In this document: positions 1-9,139 of the stretch, in pieces | Position numbering within the stretch: the stretch's first letter is position 1 | Layout: every line of letters begins with the position of its first letter | Virus record (IMG/VR): IMGVR_UViG_3300027859_000006 | Span: 1 to 64,000 of that record | DNA length: 64,000 nt | Source of the DNA: a virus | Strand: one strand, 5' to 3' | Program-made: the position numbers and the translations under genes | Notes under the pieces: model-generated | Database searches by the model: none | What the model was told of the DNA's origin: nothing | Seen by the model: only the letters and a program-made list of their open reading frames with translations

Positions 1-81
1 CAGACGGGTGCGCCCACCACCGATGCAAGAATTACCCTGAAAATAGAGTTACACACGCGTATTTATAATTTTAAAAAGTTG

Positions 82-110
82 TTGACGAATAACCATAATT
101 TTCGTATAAT
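82..110 (+). promoter_or_regulatory. Sigma-70 early promoter
   Basis: TTGACG-17 bp-TATAAT with an AT-rich UP region, upstream of RBS GAGG and the ORF at 140. Confidence 0.85.
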
Positions 111-139
111 ATGTACATTATTTTAATTGAGGAACGATA

Positions 140-442
140 ATGAAAAAGAATGGTTCATTAGGTTTTGTGAATTTGTATCGCGACAGTAACAACAGGTTAC
201 GTTTAAGTGCGTACCCTAAGCCTACGTATTTGGCTGCTGTAAACTCTAGAATAGAGAGCCCTATAGCATTGTGTGTGGGTACTCACGAAATCTTTACCTC
301 TGAAGTACCAGCAGAGCCAGACTGCGAGTCTAACTACTGGAGGGGTATGCGCAAAGGCCAGCTTATAGGATTCCTGAAAGGCGTGGTGTTTACTGTTGCG
401 GTTATTAGCTTATTCTTTGCAAGTTTAGCGGTGGCGGTATGA
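140..442 (+). CDS. Hypothetical protein with C-terminal transmembrane segment
   Basis: RBS GAGGA, ATG, hydrophobic C-terminus; first gene after the promoter. Confidence 0.7.
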   Translation: MKKNGSLGFVNLYRDSNNRLRLSAYPKPTYLAAVNSRIESPIALCVGTHEIFTSEVPAEPDCESNYWRGMRKGQLIGFLKGVVFTVAVISLFFASLAVAV

Positions 443-759
443 ATTATTCAAATAAACATGAAAGAATAAAAGCTACTTCGGACTGGAAATCTAGGTTCAA
501 GTTCTTAGAGTTACGAGAAATTGGTGAGAGAAGTATAGCAATCTTAAAAATGCCCTATGGAGTAGCTAGACGTAAGGAAATTATGTCCCTTTTATCAACA
601 GGATATAGAATATGCCTAAATTGGTCTGGTGGGGGTGGTTGGAATGTCAAAGATAAAGACCTAAAATACTTACTCAAAAAAGGCAAAGTTAAAAGATTTA
701 AACAGTACGAAGACTCTGCTATATCAGATCATAAAAGCCATACGTATATAGGAGTATAG
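439..759 (+). CDS. Hypothetical protein
   Basis: ATGA overlap with the previous ORF, operon context. Confidence 0.65.
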   Translation: MNYSNKHERIKATSDWKSRFKFLELREIGERSIAILKMPYGVARRKEIMSLLSTGYRICLNWSGGGGWNVKDKDLKYLLKKGKVKRFKQYEDSAISDHKSHTYIGV

Positions 760-764
760 ATATT

Positions 765-1073
765 ATGAACTATATGAAACTACCTCCTAAGGTAGACTTT
801 AAAAAAGTTAAGCTACCAATCGGTACTAGAATTAAGTTTACAAAAGAACTTAGTAGTGGCCCTGATGAATTTAGTCCTGGAAACCTTTACGCTGAAAAAG
901 ATTCTACAGGTGTAGTGTACGAGCACGGGGGCTGGGAAGGCCACATGGTTAAATGGGACAAGTGGAATGCAGAGTTTGGAGCAATATACGGTGAGGAATT
1001 TGTAATTGATTATGAGTACTACAGAAAAAACAATATTAGCATTAGTGACTGGCTTAGCTCTAACAGCCTGTAA
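765..1073 (+). CDS. Hypothetical protein
   Basis: RBS AGGAG upstream, operon context. Confidence 0.7.
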   Translation: MNYMKLPPKVDFKKVKLPIGTRIKFTKELSSGPDEFSPGNLYAEKDSTGVVYEHGGWEGHMVKWDKWNAEFGAIYGEEFVIDYEYYRKNNISISDWLSSNSL

Positions 1074-1245
1074 CCATAATAGTTTAGATAAAGCTAAACA
1101 AGACTTTGCCTGCAAGGACAAAGGAGGGGTTTACAGTTACGCAGAAATAAATAATACCGTATGTAAAGACGGTAGTTACTTAAGATGGAGAGATTTAGTA
1201 ATACCTCCTGAATACTACCCTGATACTAATATAAAAGAGGAATAA
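1012..1245 (+). CDS. Small lipoprotein
   Basis: Signal peptide MSTTEKTILALVTGLALTA|C with lipobox LTAC; two further Cys; RBS GAGG upstream. Confidence 0.7.
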   Translation: MSTTEKTILALVTGLALTACNHNSLDKAKQDFACKDKGGVYSYAEINNTVCKDGSYLRWRDLVIPPEYYPDTNIKEE

Positions 1246-1249
1246 ACTA

Positions 1250-1516
1250 ATGAGTAAAGCTAGAGGATTAGTCTAAGAGCTTATACAGATATACCCTGAC
1301 GATGATTCCTTACACAAACTTTTAAAGAAAGTAGAAAAAGAAGAGCTGTATAATAGTAGGTTTGAATTTTCAGGTGCTGAACTGAAGCGCATTAAAATTA
1401 ATGCTAAACTTGAAGTTCTAAATGAGTTAGTAGATACTATACACGTGTATGGTAGACCGTTTGTTCGTGAAAAAATAACACACTTAAAACGTGTTCTAGG
1501 AGAGATAAATGTTTGA
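1250..1516 (+). pseudogene. 88-codon hypothetical gene interrupted by an in-frame TAA at codon 9
   Basis: RBS GAGG, ATG at 1250, TAA at 1274-1276; the same frame is then open to TGA 1514-1516, overlapping the next start. Confidence 0.65.
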
Positions 1517-1799
1517 TGCAAATTTAAGATATGGTGTGCGTGATAAGCAGGCGGTATTTGTTAAACCGTACAACTTAAACAGTGGATTACGAGAAATAGG
1601 ATTAACCACTAAAGAAGTGTATCTGGCTATTAAGATAACAAAGCACAGTATACGTATTCTGATTGACGGGGTTTGGTTCTACCTAGAAGAAAACGAACGT
1701 AAAGACCGTGGTGCTTTAATAGTATACGAAGGTAATGCTGATTTTACAGGATTTATTGACGAAAATAGCCTAGAGAGGGCTAAAGAAATTTTGGAGTAG
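1509..1799 (+). CDS. Hypothetical protein
   Basis: RBS GGAG, operon context. Confidence 0.7.
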   Translation: MFDANLRYGVRDKQAVFVKPYNLNSGLREIGLTTKEVYLAIKITKHSIRILIDGVWFYLEENERKDRGALIVYEGNADFTGFIDENSLERAKEILE

Positions 1800-1805
1800 A
1801 GTAAT

Positions 1806-2084
1806 ATGAAACTTGAACATAATAAGGTGTATTTAGTACACGCTAGAAACAGCTATGTGGCCTTGTGGGATGAACAGGAAGAAGTGTTTATTGTGCCACG
1901 TTATAAGCTGGGGACTAGGGATACTATTTATGAGGTATACGTTGATGTTATAAAAGAACTTGATGTAGTTGTTCCAGAATGGCATGCAGCGGATGACCTT
2001 ACTGAGTTCCTGCATAAATGCGCTGCGCAACACTATGATGAGTATGACCCACGTTTAGAACCTGAGATTAAATACGGTAAATAG
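1806..2084 (+). CDS. Hypothetical protein
   Basis: RBS GGAG, operon context. Confidence 0.7.
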   Translation: MKLEHNKVYLVHARNSYVALWDEQEEVFIVPRYKLGTRDTIYEVYVDVIKELDVVVPEWHAADDLTEFLHKCAAQHYDEYDPRLEPEIKYGK

Positions 2085-2105
2085 TGGTGAAAATTAAAAA
2101 ATCAC

Positions 2106-2134
2106 TTGCAAATTTGCTGTAAAATCTATATAAT
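2106..2134 (+). promoter_or_regulatory. Sigma-70 early promoter
   Basis: TTGCAA-17-TATAAT, A-tract upstream. Confidence 0.8.
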
Positions 2135-2205
2135 AGTTTACAGAAATTGAGGGAAAAACTATTTAAGGAGATTCCCATGTAATTAACGAACTAGGAGTTT
2201 ATTTA

Positions 2206-2508
2206 GTGTCAGACAATAAAGATTGCAAAACGTCACACTACGACTTTACGTATCACTTACGTAGAGACGATACACTAACTGGTCAGGTCGTTTTAGACCC
2301 GTACGCAGTTGCAAAAATTTGGAAGTTGGGTGAACGAGACCCATCTGGTTGCCTTTTTCATATATTAAAGACAGTCGCAAGACTTGGACAGAAAGAAGGC
2401 AATACCCTAGAACGTGAAATACAATCAATTGAACTTACCTTACAACGTTATCGTGAGGTACGTAAGATTAATGAATTTGAAATAGATTCAGAAGAATACA
2501 ACCTATAA
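2206..2508 (+). CDS. DUF3310-like protein (T7 gp1.7 nucleotide kinase-like family)
   Basis: SHY ... CLFHILKTVARLGQK ... EREIQ pattern resembles DUF3310; RBS AGGAG, GTG start. Confidence 0.5.
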   Translation: MSDNKDCKTSHYDFTYHLRRDDTLTGQVVLDPYAVAKIWKLGERDPSGCLFHILKTVARLGQKEGNTLEREIQSIELTLQRYREVRKINEFEIDSEEYNL

Positions 2509-2509
2509 T

Positions 2510-2768
2510 GCAAGTGTAGCAGCCCTTACAACAATTTAGAGGGCTTACGTCTTCCGCTAGGAACTTTTGTTGTGGTTCAGAGTTGGCGTATACCTGTGTG
2601 GTGCATGTATCAGTTTAAGTTTAGCTGACAGTCTATACACAGAACAGAGCCTGGCGACCCTTACCGGTAGCCCGTTCTGGAAAGAGTATAGAGTGACTAA
2701 CCAAAGGCAGAGAGGAACGGCATAATCGCACTCGCTGACCGGCGACCGGAGTACCCCGCGCAAAAAAT
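2510..2768 (+). ncRNA. Candidate structured non-coding RNA or ssDNA origin element upstream of obp
   Basis: GC-rich intergenic block with at least 7 helices, several containing G-U pairs only on the + strand; no RBS-supported ORF. Confidence 0.5.
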
Positions 2769-2795
2769 AGTAGACTTATTAGAGGAAGTATTTTA

Positions 2796-5522
2796 ATGAC
2801 GTTACAAGTTCTTGAGGCTTGCGACTATAACGATAAAAATGAAAATGGATTCTACCGCGTTTTAGCGGTAGATACCTATTTCTGTAAACGTTTTACGGGG
2901 AATGGTGAAAAACCCGCTAATGCCCGTAAGCGATACAAGCTAGGGTCGTTTTACGACCCAGATTGCTTGCAACAACTCTTACCCGTACTTCAAAGCCTAG
3001 AGAATGACCCTCAAAAGTTGGTTATTAGGCATAAGTATTGTAGAGCAAAACAAGGTGATAAGGTTTTTCGTCGAGTAGACGAGGTTGAGCCACATCCATC
3101 GAAAATTATAGCAATAGACGTTGACGGAATCATTCGTCCAGCTCATATATCTGCTACTGACCTTATTTCGCAGGGAAATTACGTCTGTAATTTACTACAT
3201 AAATGCGATCCGGAGGTCTTCCCTGACGACATGGCTTTTATTTGCCAAGCGTCTGCTAAAGCAGGTATGACTGAAAATATCCGTATTCACTTGTGGATAG
3301 AAAATGATTCTAATCTTACGCAAGGGCAACTTCGTAATTTATTTATGCAAGTTAACTCTAGATATAAGGAAATTTTTGATACTAGCGATGAGTTAGTAGA
3401 TACCGCATTGTACCATGACGTACAGGCGCATTATACGGCTGCCCCAATGTTCATTGGTGTAGACGACCCTTTTATTAGAAGCCCAAGAACCGTCTATGAA
3501 TACGGAGTAGTAGCTAGAATACCTAATACTATTTCATCTTACGCAAAGACTGTGCGAGCCTCGGAAGAGGAGGTCTATGAGTACCTGCAACAAATTGATG
3601 GTGGCTCAGAAGCATCAGAAGCGTTTTGGAGAAAATGGTCTGTTGTAGAAAATTGGAATATAGCCGAATCCGGCTTGCGTACAAAAATAATTTCATTATA
3701 CCATGAGGCTGTTCAGGATACCTTTAACATAGATTTACTCGATTCTATGGTTAAAAAAGTCCTAGAGAAGAAACGTCCAGGTTCTGAGCAAGACTACGTA
3801 AACCAAGCTAAAGCCGCAGCTATAATAGAGATAAAAAACAACTCTGTTAGAAGCATTCCCAATGAGTATGAAAAACTTCCTATATCCACTATTCAAAGTG
3901 GGTCTTTACCAAAATATCTAGACATTAACAAAGAAAAAATGCCTAGTGACGGTGTAGTATTTCTAAAAGCATCGTTGGGTACGGGTAAAACACATACTGT
4001 TGAAACTTGGTTAAGAAACGGCTATATTAAAGGAAAATTCTTAGCACTTACTGATACATCCGCGTTAGTAGAATCAAACGCCGCCAGATTCAAAGCTGGA
4101 GACTTTCGCTCGCCTCAAGCAAGGTTAGACTTCGCTACTGGAGCACTGGATAGATTATCAGGAACTCTACATAGCTTAGTAAAGATTAAAGATTTCACTA
4201 GAGACTTTGATTTCTTATTTATTGATGAAGCTGACTCGGTACTAAACAACCTATTGTTTGCTAAGATTATCGATGATGAAGTTAGGTTTCAAATTAGGGA
4301 AATTTTATTTGAATTACTCACTTATACTAAAGTGGTAGTTTTATCTGATGGAGACTTATCGGAAGAGACTGTAGCGCAATACATAGAGCTAGTTGAAGGT
4401 AACAGAGATTTTTACCGAGTAGATCACTATCGCCCAAATTTAAAAAATATACCTGCTTATCGACACCACAAAGAGTCCTCTATATGGGGAGCTGTTCAAG
4501 GGTCGTTAGAGACAGGTTCTAGGGCGCTGGTCGTTACCGACCAAGGGCCCGACAAGCTTAATATAATGCAGAAAACTCTATCAAGAGCCTGCCCAACCAA
4601 AAACATAAAGGTAGCCCATGCAAATTCTAAAATGGATTCAGACGTACAGCAAATCATTAACGATACAGACGTTGCACTCGAAGGCATGCGAGTGGATGCT
4701 CTCCTATGCTCCCCTAGCGTCACTAATGGAGTTGACTTTAGCTATTTCGATGCAGTTTTCGTAATAACTAAGACTTCTAACCATACTCCAAATATGCGAT
4801 TCCAGGCTTTAATGCGTGAGCGTGATCCTAGTGAAGTTCATTATTTTTTTAGTAATATCAAAGGATACGTTACCGGATATAAGGACTCTAAGGTAGAATC
4901 GGGATGGTTTGAAAAAGCTAGACATAGTTTTGCTCTAAGGAGAGAACGAGAGTTCAGGTCTTACTTAGGTACATTTAATTACTACCTAATTAGAGCAGGA
5001 TGCAAAATCGAAGCCATTACAGACCCTTATGAGCCGCCAGACGAAGCTGCAGCTAAAGAAGATTACTATATCGAAAGAGCAACAGCGTTACTAAATTCTA
5101 AGGCAGATTCATTCATACCAAGGCACAACGATGCCTATGAGTTGAAAATGCTTTATTGTGCGTTATACGACGTAGATGAAGACAGTATCAGCTTTGACGA
5201 TGCTCATGCTTTTGTTCAGTTAAAGATTGAAGAGAAGCTAGACTTTTTACACTCCATTATCCCAGTGTTCTGGGAAGAAATTAGTAAAGCATCTACTCAG
5301 AAGCTAATGGTAGCTCTTAGAGAGAAAGGTAAGCACTTTTACTTAGCAACAGGACAACAAGCTAGACCAAGCATGGCTTATGCCAAAAATGTCCTTAAAA
5401 GGTGTATGATAGAAACATTAGACGATGTAGAAGAGGTAAAAGAGTTGTATAGACGCTATTGCTTGTTCAAGGGCTACGAGAATCCACTTAATAAAGAGGA
5501 AAAAGCCTGTGAAATCGTTTGA
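2796..5522 (+). CDS. obp: Replication origin-binding protein (N-terminal AEP/prim-pol-like domain plus UL9-like SF2 helicase)
   Basis: IAIDVDG, IHLW and DTALY motifs; Walker A ASLGTGKT; FIDEAD; SPSVTNGVDF; T5 synteny. Confidence 0.85.
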   Translation: MTLQVLEACDYNDKNENGFYRVLAVDTYFCKRFTGNGEKPANARKRYKLGSFYDPDCLQQLLPVLQSLENDPQKLVIRHKYCRAKQGDKVFRRVDEVEPHPSKIIAIDVDGIIRPAHISATDLISQGNYVCNLLHKCDPEVFPDDMAFICQASAKAGMTENIRIHLWIENDSNLTQGQLRNLFMQVNSRYKEIFDTSDELVDTALYHDVQAHYTAAPMFIGVDDPFIRSPRTVYEYGVVARIPNTISSYAKTVRASEEEVYEYLQQIDGGSEASEAFWRKWSVVENWNIAESGLRTKIISLYHEAVQDTFNIDLLDSMVKKVLEKKRPGSEQDYVNQAKAAAIIEIKNNSVRSIPNEYEKLPISTIQSGSLPKYLDINKEKMPSDGVVFLKASLGTGKTHTVETWLRNGYIKGKFLALTDTSALVESNAARFKAGDFRSPQARLDFATGALDRLSGTLHSLVKIKDFTRDFDFLFIDEADSVLNNLLFAKIIDDEVRFQIREILFELLTYTKVVVLSDGDLSEETVAQYIELVEGNRDFYRVDHYRPNLKNIPAYRHHKESSIWGAVQGSLETGSRALVVTDQGPDKLNIMQKTLSRACPTKNIKVAHANSKMDSDVQQIINDTDVALEGMRVDALLCSPSVTNGVDFSYFDAVFVITKTSNHTPNMRFQALMRERDPSEVHYFFSNIKGYVTGYKDSKVESGWFEKARHSFALRREREFRSYLGTFNYYLIRAGCKIEAITDPYEPPDEAAAKEDYYIERATALLNSKADSFIPRHNDAYELKMLYCALYDVDEDSISFDDAHAFVQLKIEEKLDFLHSIIPVFWEEISKASTQKLMVALREKGKHFYLATGQQARPSMAYAKNVLKRCMIETLDDVEEVKELYRRYCLFKGYENPLNKEEKACEIV

Positions 5523-5772
5523 TGACTTAGCTAACCCACACAAAGCACGCCCGCCTAGAAAGCGTAGGCGTGCTCCAACCAAAAACCCAAACCCACCAAA
5601 ACTTAAAGAGGTAGACAAAACACGATGTCAAATAGTACCCCTTGTGGTACGACTATTTCCAGAGCTATTAGAACATAGCTTTAGAATCGATCCCATCAAT
5701 CCTCACAACACATATATTCAGATACTCTCAGAAGCAGGAAAATTAAGAAAAGAATTGCTAAATCTCTTATAA
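5509..5772 (+). CDS. Small basic conserved phage protein
   Basis: GTG start overlapping the obp end, RBS GAGG; same position as a small T5 ORF. Confidence 0.6.
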   Translation: MKSFDDLANPHKARPPRKRRRAPTKNPNPPKLKEVDKTRCQIVPLVVRLFPELLEHSFRIDPINPHNTYIQILSEAGKLRKELLNLL

Positions 5773-5783
5773 TCTAATATAAT
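5755..5783 (+). promoter_or_regulatory. Sigma-70 promoter
   Basis: TTGCTA-17-TATAAT. Confidence 0.75.
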
Positions 5784-5812
5784 ATACGTATATTAAGAAA
5801 TGAGGAAAGATT

Positions 5813-6058
5813 ATGAAATTCGATAGAGTTAAGTTTGTAGAAGATGCAAAACAAGGCGCTATGGTAGTAACATTTCAAAAAGTTGACAAATCTATCCGCA
5901 AGATGGTTTGTACCTTGCAACCAGAAATCGTAAATCCTACACTTAAAGGTGGAATGCGTAACACACGTCCGGAGGACGTTACGCCTGTTTATGACCTTGA
6001 AGCAAAAGGTTGGCGTTCTTTTAGAAACGATAGTGTAATGTCAGTAGAGGAGCTATAA
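5813..6058 (+). CDS. WYL_2 / SH3-like beta-barrel protein
   Basis: VVTFQKVDKSIRKMVCTL ... VYDLEAKGWRSFR signature. Confidence 0.75.
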   Translation: MKFDRVKFVEDAKQGAMVVTFQKVDKSIRKMVCTLQPEIVNPTLKGGMRNTRPEDVTPVYDLEAKGWRSFRNDSVMSVEEL

Positions 6059-6060
6059 TT

Positions 6061-6729
6061 ATGGCTAGAGCTAAACTTGATGTAACTCCAGAACAAATGG
6101 AGAGTGTAATCGCTTATTTGGAAACAGATAAGGCGACTAAAAAAGCTGCCTGTGAGATGCTTGGCATTGCGTATAATACTAAGCGTCTAGGTACGCTTAT
6201 CGAAGATTATCAGCAAGGTCTAGAGCGGGACAAGCGACTTCGCGCTAAAAAGCGTAAAGAACCAGTTACAAAAGCCGAAGTGGTAAATATCATCACAGAT
6301 TACTTGTCTGGTGATTCTTTAGCTGAACTATCAGATAACTACTACCGTAGTACAGCTATTCTTAAATACCATCTAGAAAAGCACGGTGCTCTTCTTAGAA
6401 CTAACGAGCGTGTAAACGAGCTTAACCCGCCTTTGTTACCTGATGAATGTATGGCGGATTCTTTTGAAAACGGACAATATGTATGGGTAGCCAAATATGG
6501 CTCGATTGGTATCGTTAAGGCAAAATTTAAAAATGCGTATCGTGTTAAAGTAATCAACGAGTCAATGAACCAGTATTGTTATCAGCCTCCAGAAGAGCTT
6601 GGGTCGCTCGAGCACTTGATAGAGCTTGGAGTGGATGTTAAGGGACTTATTAAGTCTGCAATGTCCGATGATGATATTTTGATAAAAGTTAACGAGGGTG
6701 TAAAAAATGCCAACAAGCGAACTAGATAA
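6061..6729 (+). CDS. D2: T5 D2-like protein
   Basis: TKKAACEMLGIAYNTKRL HTH-like motif, size and synteny with T5 D2. Confidence 0.7.
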   Translation: MARAKLDVTPEQMESVIAYLETDKATKKAACEMLGIAYNTKRLGTLIEDYQQGLERDKRLRAKKRKEPVTKAEVVNIITDYLSGDSLAELSDNYYRSTAILKYHLEKHGALLRTNERVNELNPPLLPDECMADSFENGQYVWVAKYGSIGIVKAKFKNAYRVKVINESMNQYCYQPPEELGSLEHLIELGVDVKGLIKSAMSDDDILIKVNEGVKNANKRTR

Positions 6730-7408
6730 ATTTGTGATGCCGGCATCACAGCAAGAATTAACCGAAGCCGACCTAACTAAACGCGAGCTTGAAGCTAGCA
6801 AAGAGGTCATAGCGAAACTAACTAGGATTATAGAACATATTATGACTAAACAAACCGATGAAAACTTTGCAACGTGTGCAGACGCAGTACGAAAAGAGAA
6901 TACTGCGCTTAAAAAGCGTATTGCTGAAATAAAACAACTAATGGAGAACGACTTAGTCGTTGTTACACGTAAAAAAGATTTTCAGATTAAAGAGCTACAA
7001 AGTAAACTTGAGCAAACTGTCTCTGAAAAAGAGAAACTGATCATAGAAACCAGGTGTATGATTAATAAGCTAGAAAAACGATGCGAAGACTATGAGAAAA
7101 AAGAGCGATGCGTTAAACAGTATATAGCCGATGTTGAGTCGAAACTGTTTCAGTCTAATGGTACGGTCAACATCTTGAAACAAGACCTTGCTAACAAGCA
7201 AGAAGTAGTCAATAAACAACAAAAAGAGCTAGAGACAGCCAATATAGAATTACGTCATTATCGCTTCAAGGATGAAGTTAACCAATTGCTATCTGATGTA
7301 ATCTCAGGGGTCGATGCTGAGATTATGAACCTAATGGAAGAATATGGCATTGAAGACTCTGGGATCTCCGTAAAATTTGTAGTAGAGGCGGCAGATGAAG
7401 ACGAGTAA
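6707..7408 (+). CDS. Coiled-coil hypothetical protein
   Basis: Long heptad-rich E/K/L sequence; exact start uncertain. Confidence 0.65.
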   Translation: MPTSELDKFVMPASQQELTEADLTKRELEASKEVIAKLTRIIEHIMTKQTDENFATCADAVRKENTALKKRIAEIKQLMENDLVVVTRKKDFQIKELQSKLEQTVSEKEKLIIETRCMINKLEKRCEDYEKKERCVKQYIADVESKLFQSNGTVNILKQDLANKQEVVNKQQKELETANIELRHYRFKDEVNQLLSDVISGVDAEIMNLMEEYGIEDSGISVKFVVEAADEDE

Positions 7409-8066
7409 TCTTACCGCAGGATCTGGTAAGCTAGAATTTCACAATAAAAACCGACCAGAGCATATCTATAGTGTAGAAGATGTATCTGAGCTAGTCTTCA
7501 AGGTAAAAGATATGTTCTTAGACTCCCCAGTCCTACTAGGTGGTTCTCTAGCAACATTTCACTGTCTACCAGAGCCTAGCTTAAAATTTAAGTATGCGCG
7601 AACAATGAATAACTCTGACATTGATATATTTATCCTAGAGCGTGGCGATCGTAGGCTTGCTACTTATGTATTCAACCAGCTTATTACGGTTCACTTAGGT
7701 TGTGTAGACTTAGAAAAGCCTGGAGACCCTGAATACTACCTAATGAAAGGTATACGAAAAATATACTCTCTTCATAGTGGTAAGTATAACCGCAAGGTTA
7801 ACCTTATTATAGTAGACGGCGGTGTGTATTCTAATAGTGTAGACAATTTCTTGCGAGAAGCCATGGGGCACGATTTAGCTATGTGCGCTTACTTAGCCCC
7901 TGTCTCAGTTGAATCACCCATAAAAAAGATTACTACACGTAACTTTAATGAAAGTATCGTATCACGTCGTGTTAAGTATAAGTCTAGACTATTAAATACT
8001 GATGCTCTAGCTAAGCTGAACACACGAGTGGACGCGTTAGGGTTTACTAAGTCAGAAATTCATTAA
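7395..8066 (+). CDS. Putative nucleotidyltransferase (Pol-beta superfamily)
   Basis: VLLGGS ... SDIDIFI (hGGS + DxD) motif and later VNLIIVD strand. Confidence 0.55.
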   Translation: MKTSNLTAGSGKLEFHNKNRPEHIYSVEDVSELVFKVKDMFLDSPVLLGGSLATFHCLPEPSLKFKYARTMNNSDIDIFILERGDRRLATYVFNQLITVHLGCVDLEKPGDPEYYLMKGIRKIYSLHSGKYNRKVNLIIVDGGVYSNSVDNFLREAMGHDLAMCAYLAPVSVESPIKKITTRNFNESIVSRRVKYKSRLLNTDALAKLNTRVDALGFTKSEIH

Positions 8067-8071
8067 ATTTC

Positions 8072-8100
8072 TTGACCAAAAGCCCAAATCATAATATAAT
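8072..8100 (+). promoter_or_regulatory. Sigma-70 promoter
   Basis: TTGACC-17-TATAAT. Confidence 0.85.
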
Positions 8101-8132
8101 ACCTTTTCAATAATAAAAGAAGGAAATAAAAA

Positions 8133-8528
8133 ATGTCTGACTGGACACCTGAAGCAAAAGATGAACTAATCGCGCAATACGTAACAGAAATTGAAAAATT
8201 TCCAGAAGCAGAGCGTGGCGACCACAGTGCGGAAATCGTGAAGAGCTTATCAGAGCAATTTGATAAGACTGTTAACGGTGTACGTATTATCTTATCAAAA
8301 GCTGACGTTTACGTCAAGAAAACTCCAACCGCTAAAGCAGCTAAATCTGCTGACGGCTCAACTGGCGCTAAGCGTGTTAATAAAGCACAAGCAATTGAAG
8401 AACTAAAAACTGCAATTGCAACTATCGACGAAGACCTAATCGACGAAGATATCGTGACTAAGTTAACAGGTAAAGCTGCGCAGTACTTCACAAGCGTTCT
8501 AACACAAGCAACAGCACTAAAGGGGTAA
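8133..8528 (+). CDS. D3: T5 D3-like DNA-binding protein
   Basis: WTPEAKDELIAQY ... TVNGVRIILSKADVYVKK ... RVNKAQA ... KLTGKAAQYF; synteny. Confidence 0.8.
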   Translation: MSDWTPEAKDELIAQYVTEIEKFPEAERGDHSAEIVKSLSEQFDKTVNGVRIILSKADVYVKKTPTAKAAKSADGSTGAKRVNKAQAIEELKTAIATIDEDLIDEDIVTKLTGKAAQYFTSVLTQATALKG

Positions 8529-8532
8529 TAAT

Positions 8533-8877
8533 ATGGATGCAAAAACTTTTGAGCGTAACGCACAAGGCGACTTCTACCTGTATTACCGAAAAAGTGGCAG
8601 CAATCAAATTACCTACCTTACGGGGACTCGTGACTTACACGAGTCTTCCTACATAGAAAAGGAATTACCTGATAATGCCAGACGTAAAAATTCTGATGGT
8701 AGTTATCATATAGTAGCCAATGAGGATGGTAGTGTAAATGTGCTGAATAACAACAGAGTTGCGGTATGGAGTTGGAACTCATACAAGCTACGATTCTTAC
8801 CACTATCTAGAATTGTTAAGATTGTACCCCTGAGTTCTGTACTAGGGAATAGCAATGCTGGAAGGTCACGTAGATAA
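8533..8877 (+). CDS. Conserved T5-like hypothetical protein
   Basis: GDFYLYYRK ... IVPLSSVL; position between D3 and the PC4-like gene. Confidence 0.7.
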   Translation: MDAKTFERNAQGDFYLYYRKSGSNQITYLTGTRDLHESSYIEKELPDNARRKNSDGSYHIVANEDGSVNVLNNNRVAVWSWNSYKLRFLPLSRIVKIVPLSSVLGNSNAGRSRR

Positions 8878-9139
8878 ACTAGAAGTCGAACTATTCAAAA
8901 ACGACGAAAAAGGAATCTTATACAAGCTGTCAGTAACCGAGTTTAGAGGTAAGTCTTATCTTTCAGTTCGGGAATGGTATTTAGATTTTGAGGGAGTTTA
9001 TGCTCCAACAAAAAACGGATTTACAGTCCCGTATACTCTAGATACCACACTGGCTCTGTTTGAAGCCTTGGTAGATCTTCTGTCTAAGGCAGAAGTGTTA
9101 GAAACTTTACTAGAGAAACGAAATGAAAGAACTACTTAA
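8855..9139 (+). CDS. PC4-like ssDNA-binding protein
   Basis: LSVTEFRGKSYLSVREWYLD ... PTKNGF is a PC4 signature. Confidence 0.85.
   Translation: MLEGHVDKLEVELFKNDEKGILYKLSVTEFRGKSYLSVREWYLDFEGVYAPTKNGFTVPYTLDTTLALFEALVDLLSKAEVLETLLEKRNERTT

Noticed and set aside
2557-2763. 68-aa minus-strand ORF
   Set aside because: TTG start, no RBS, antisense to the operon; better explained as a structured non-coding element
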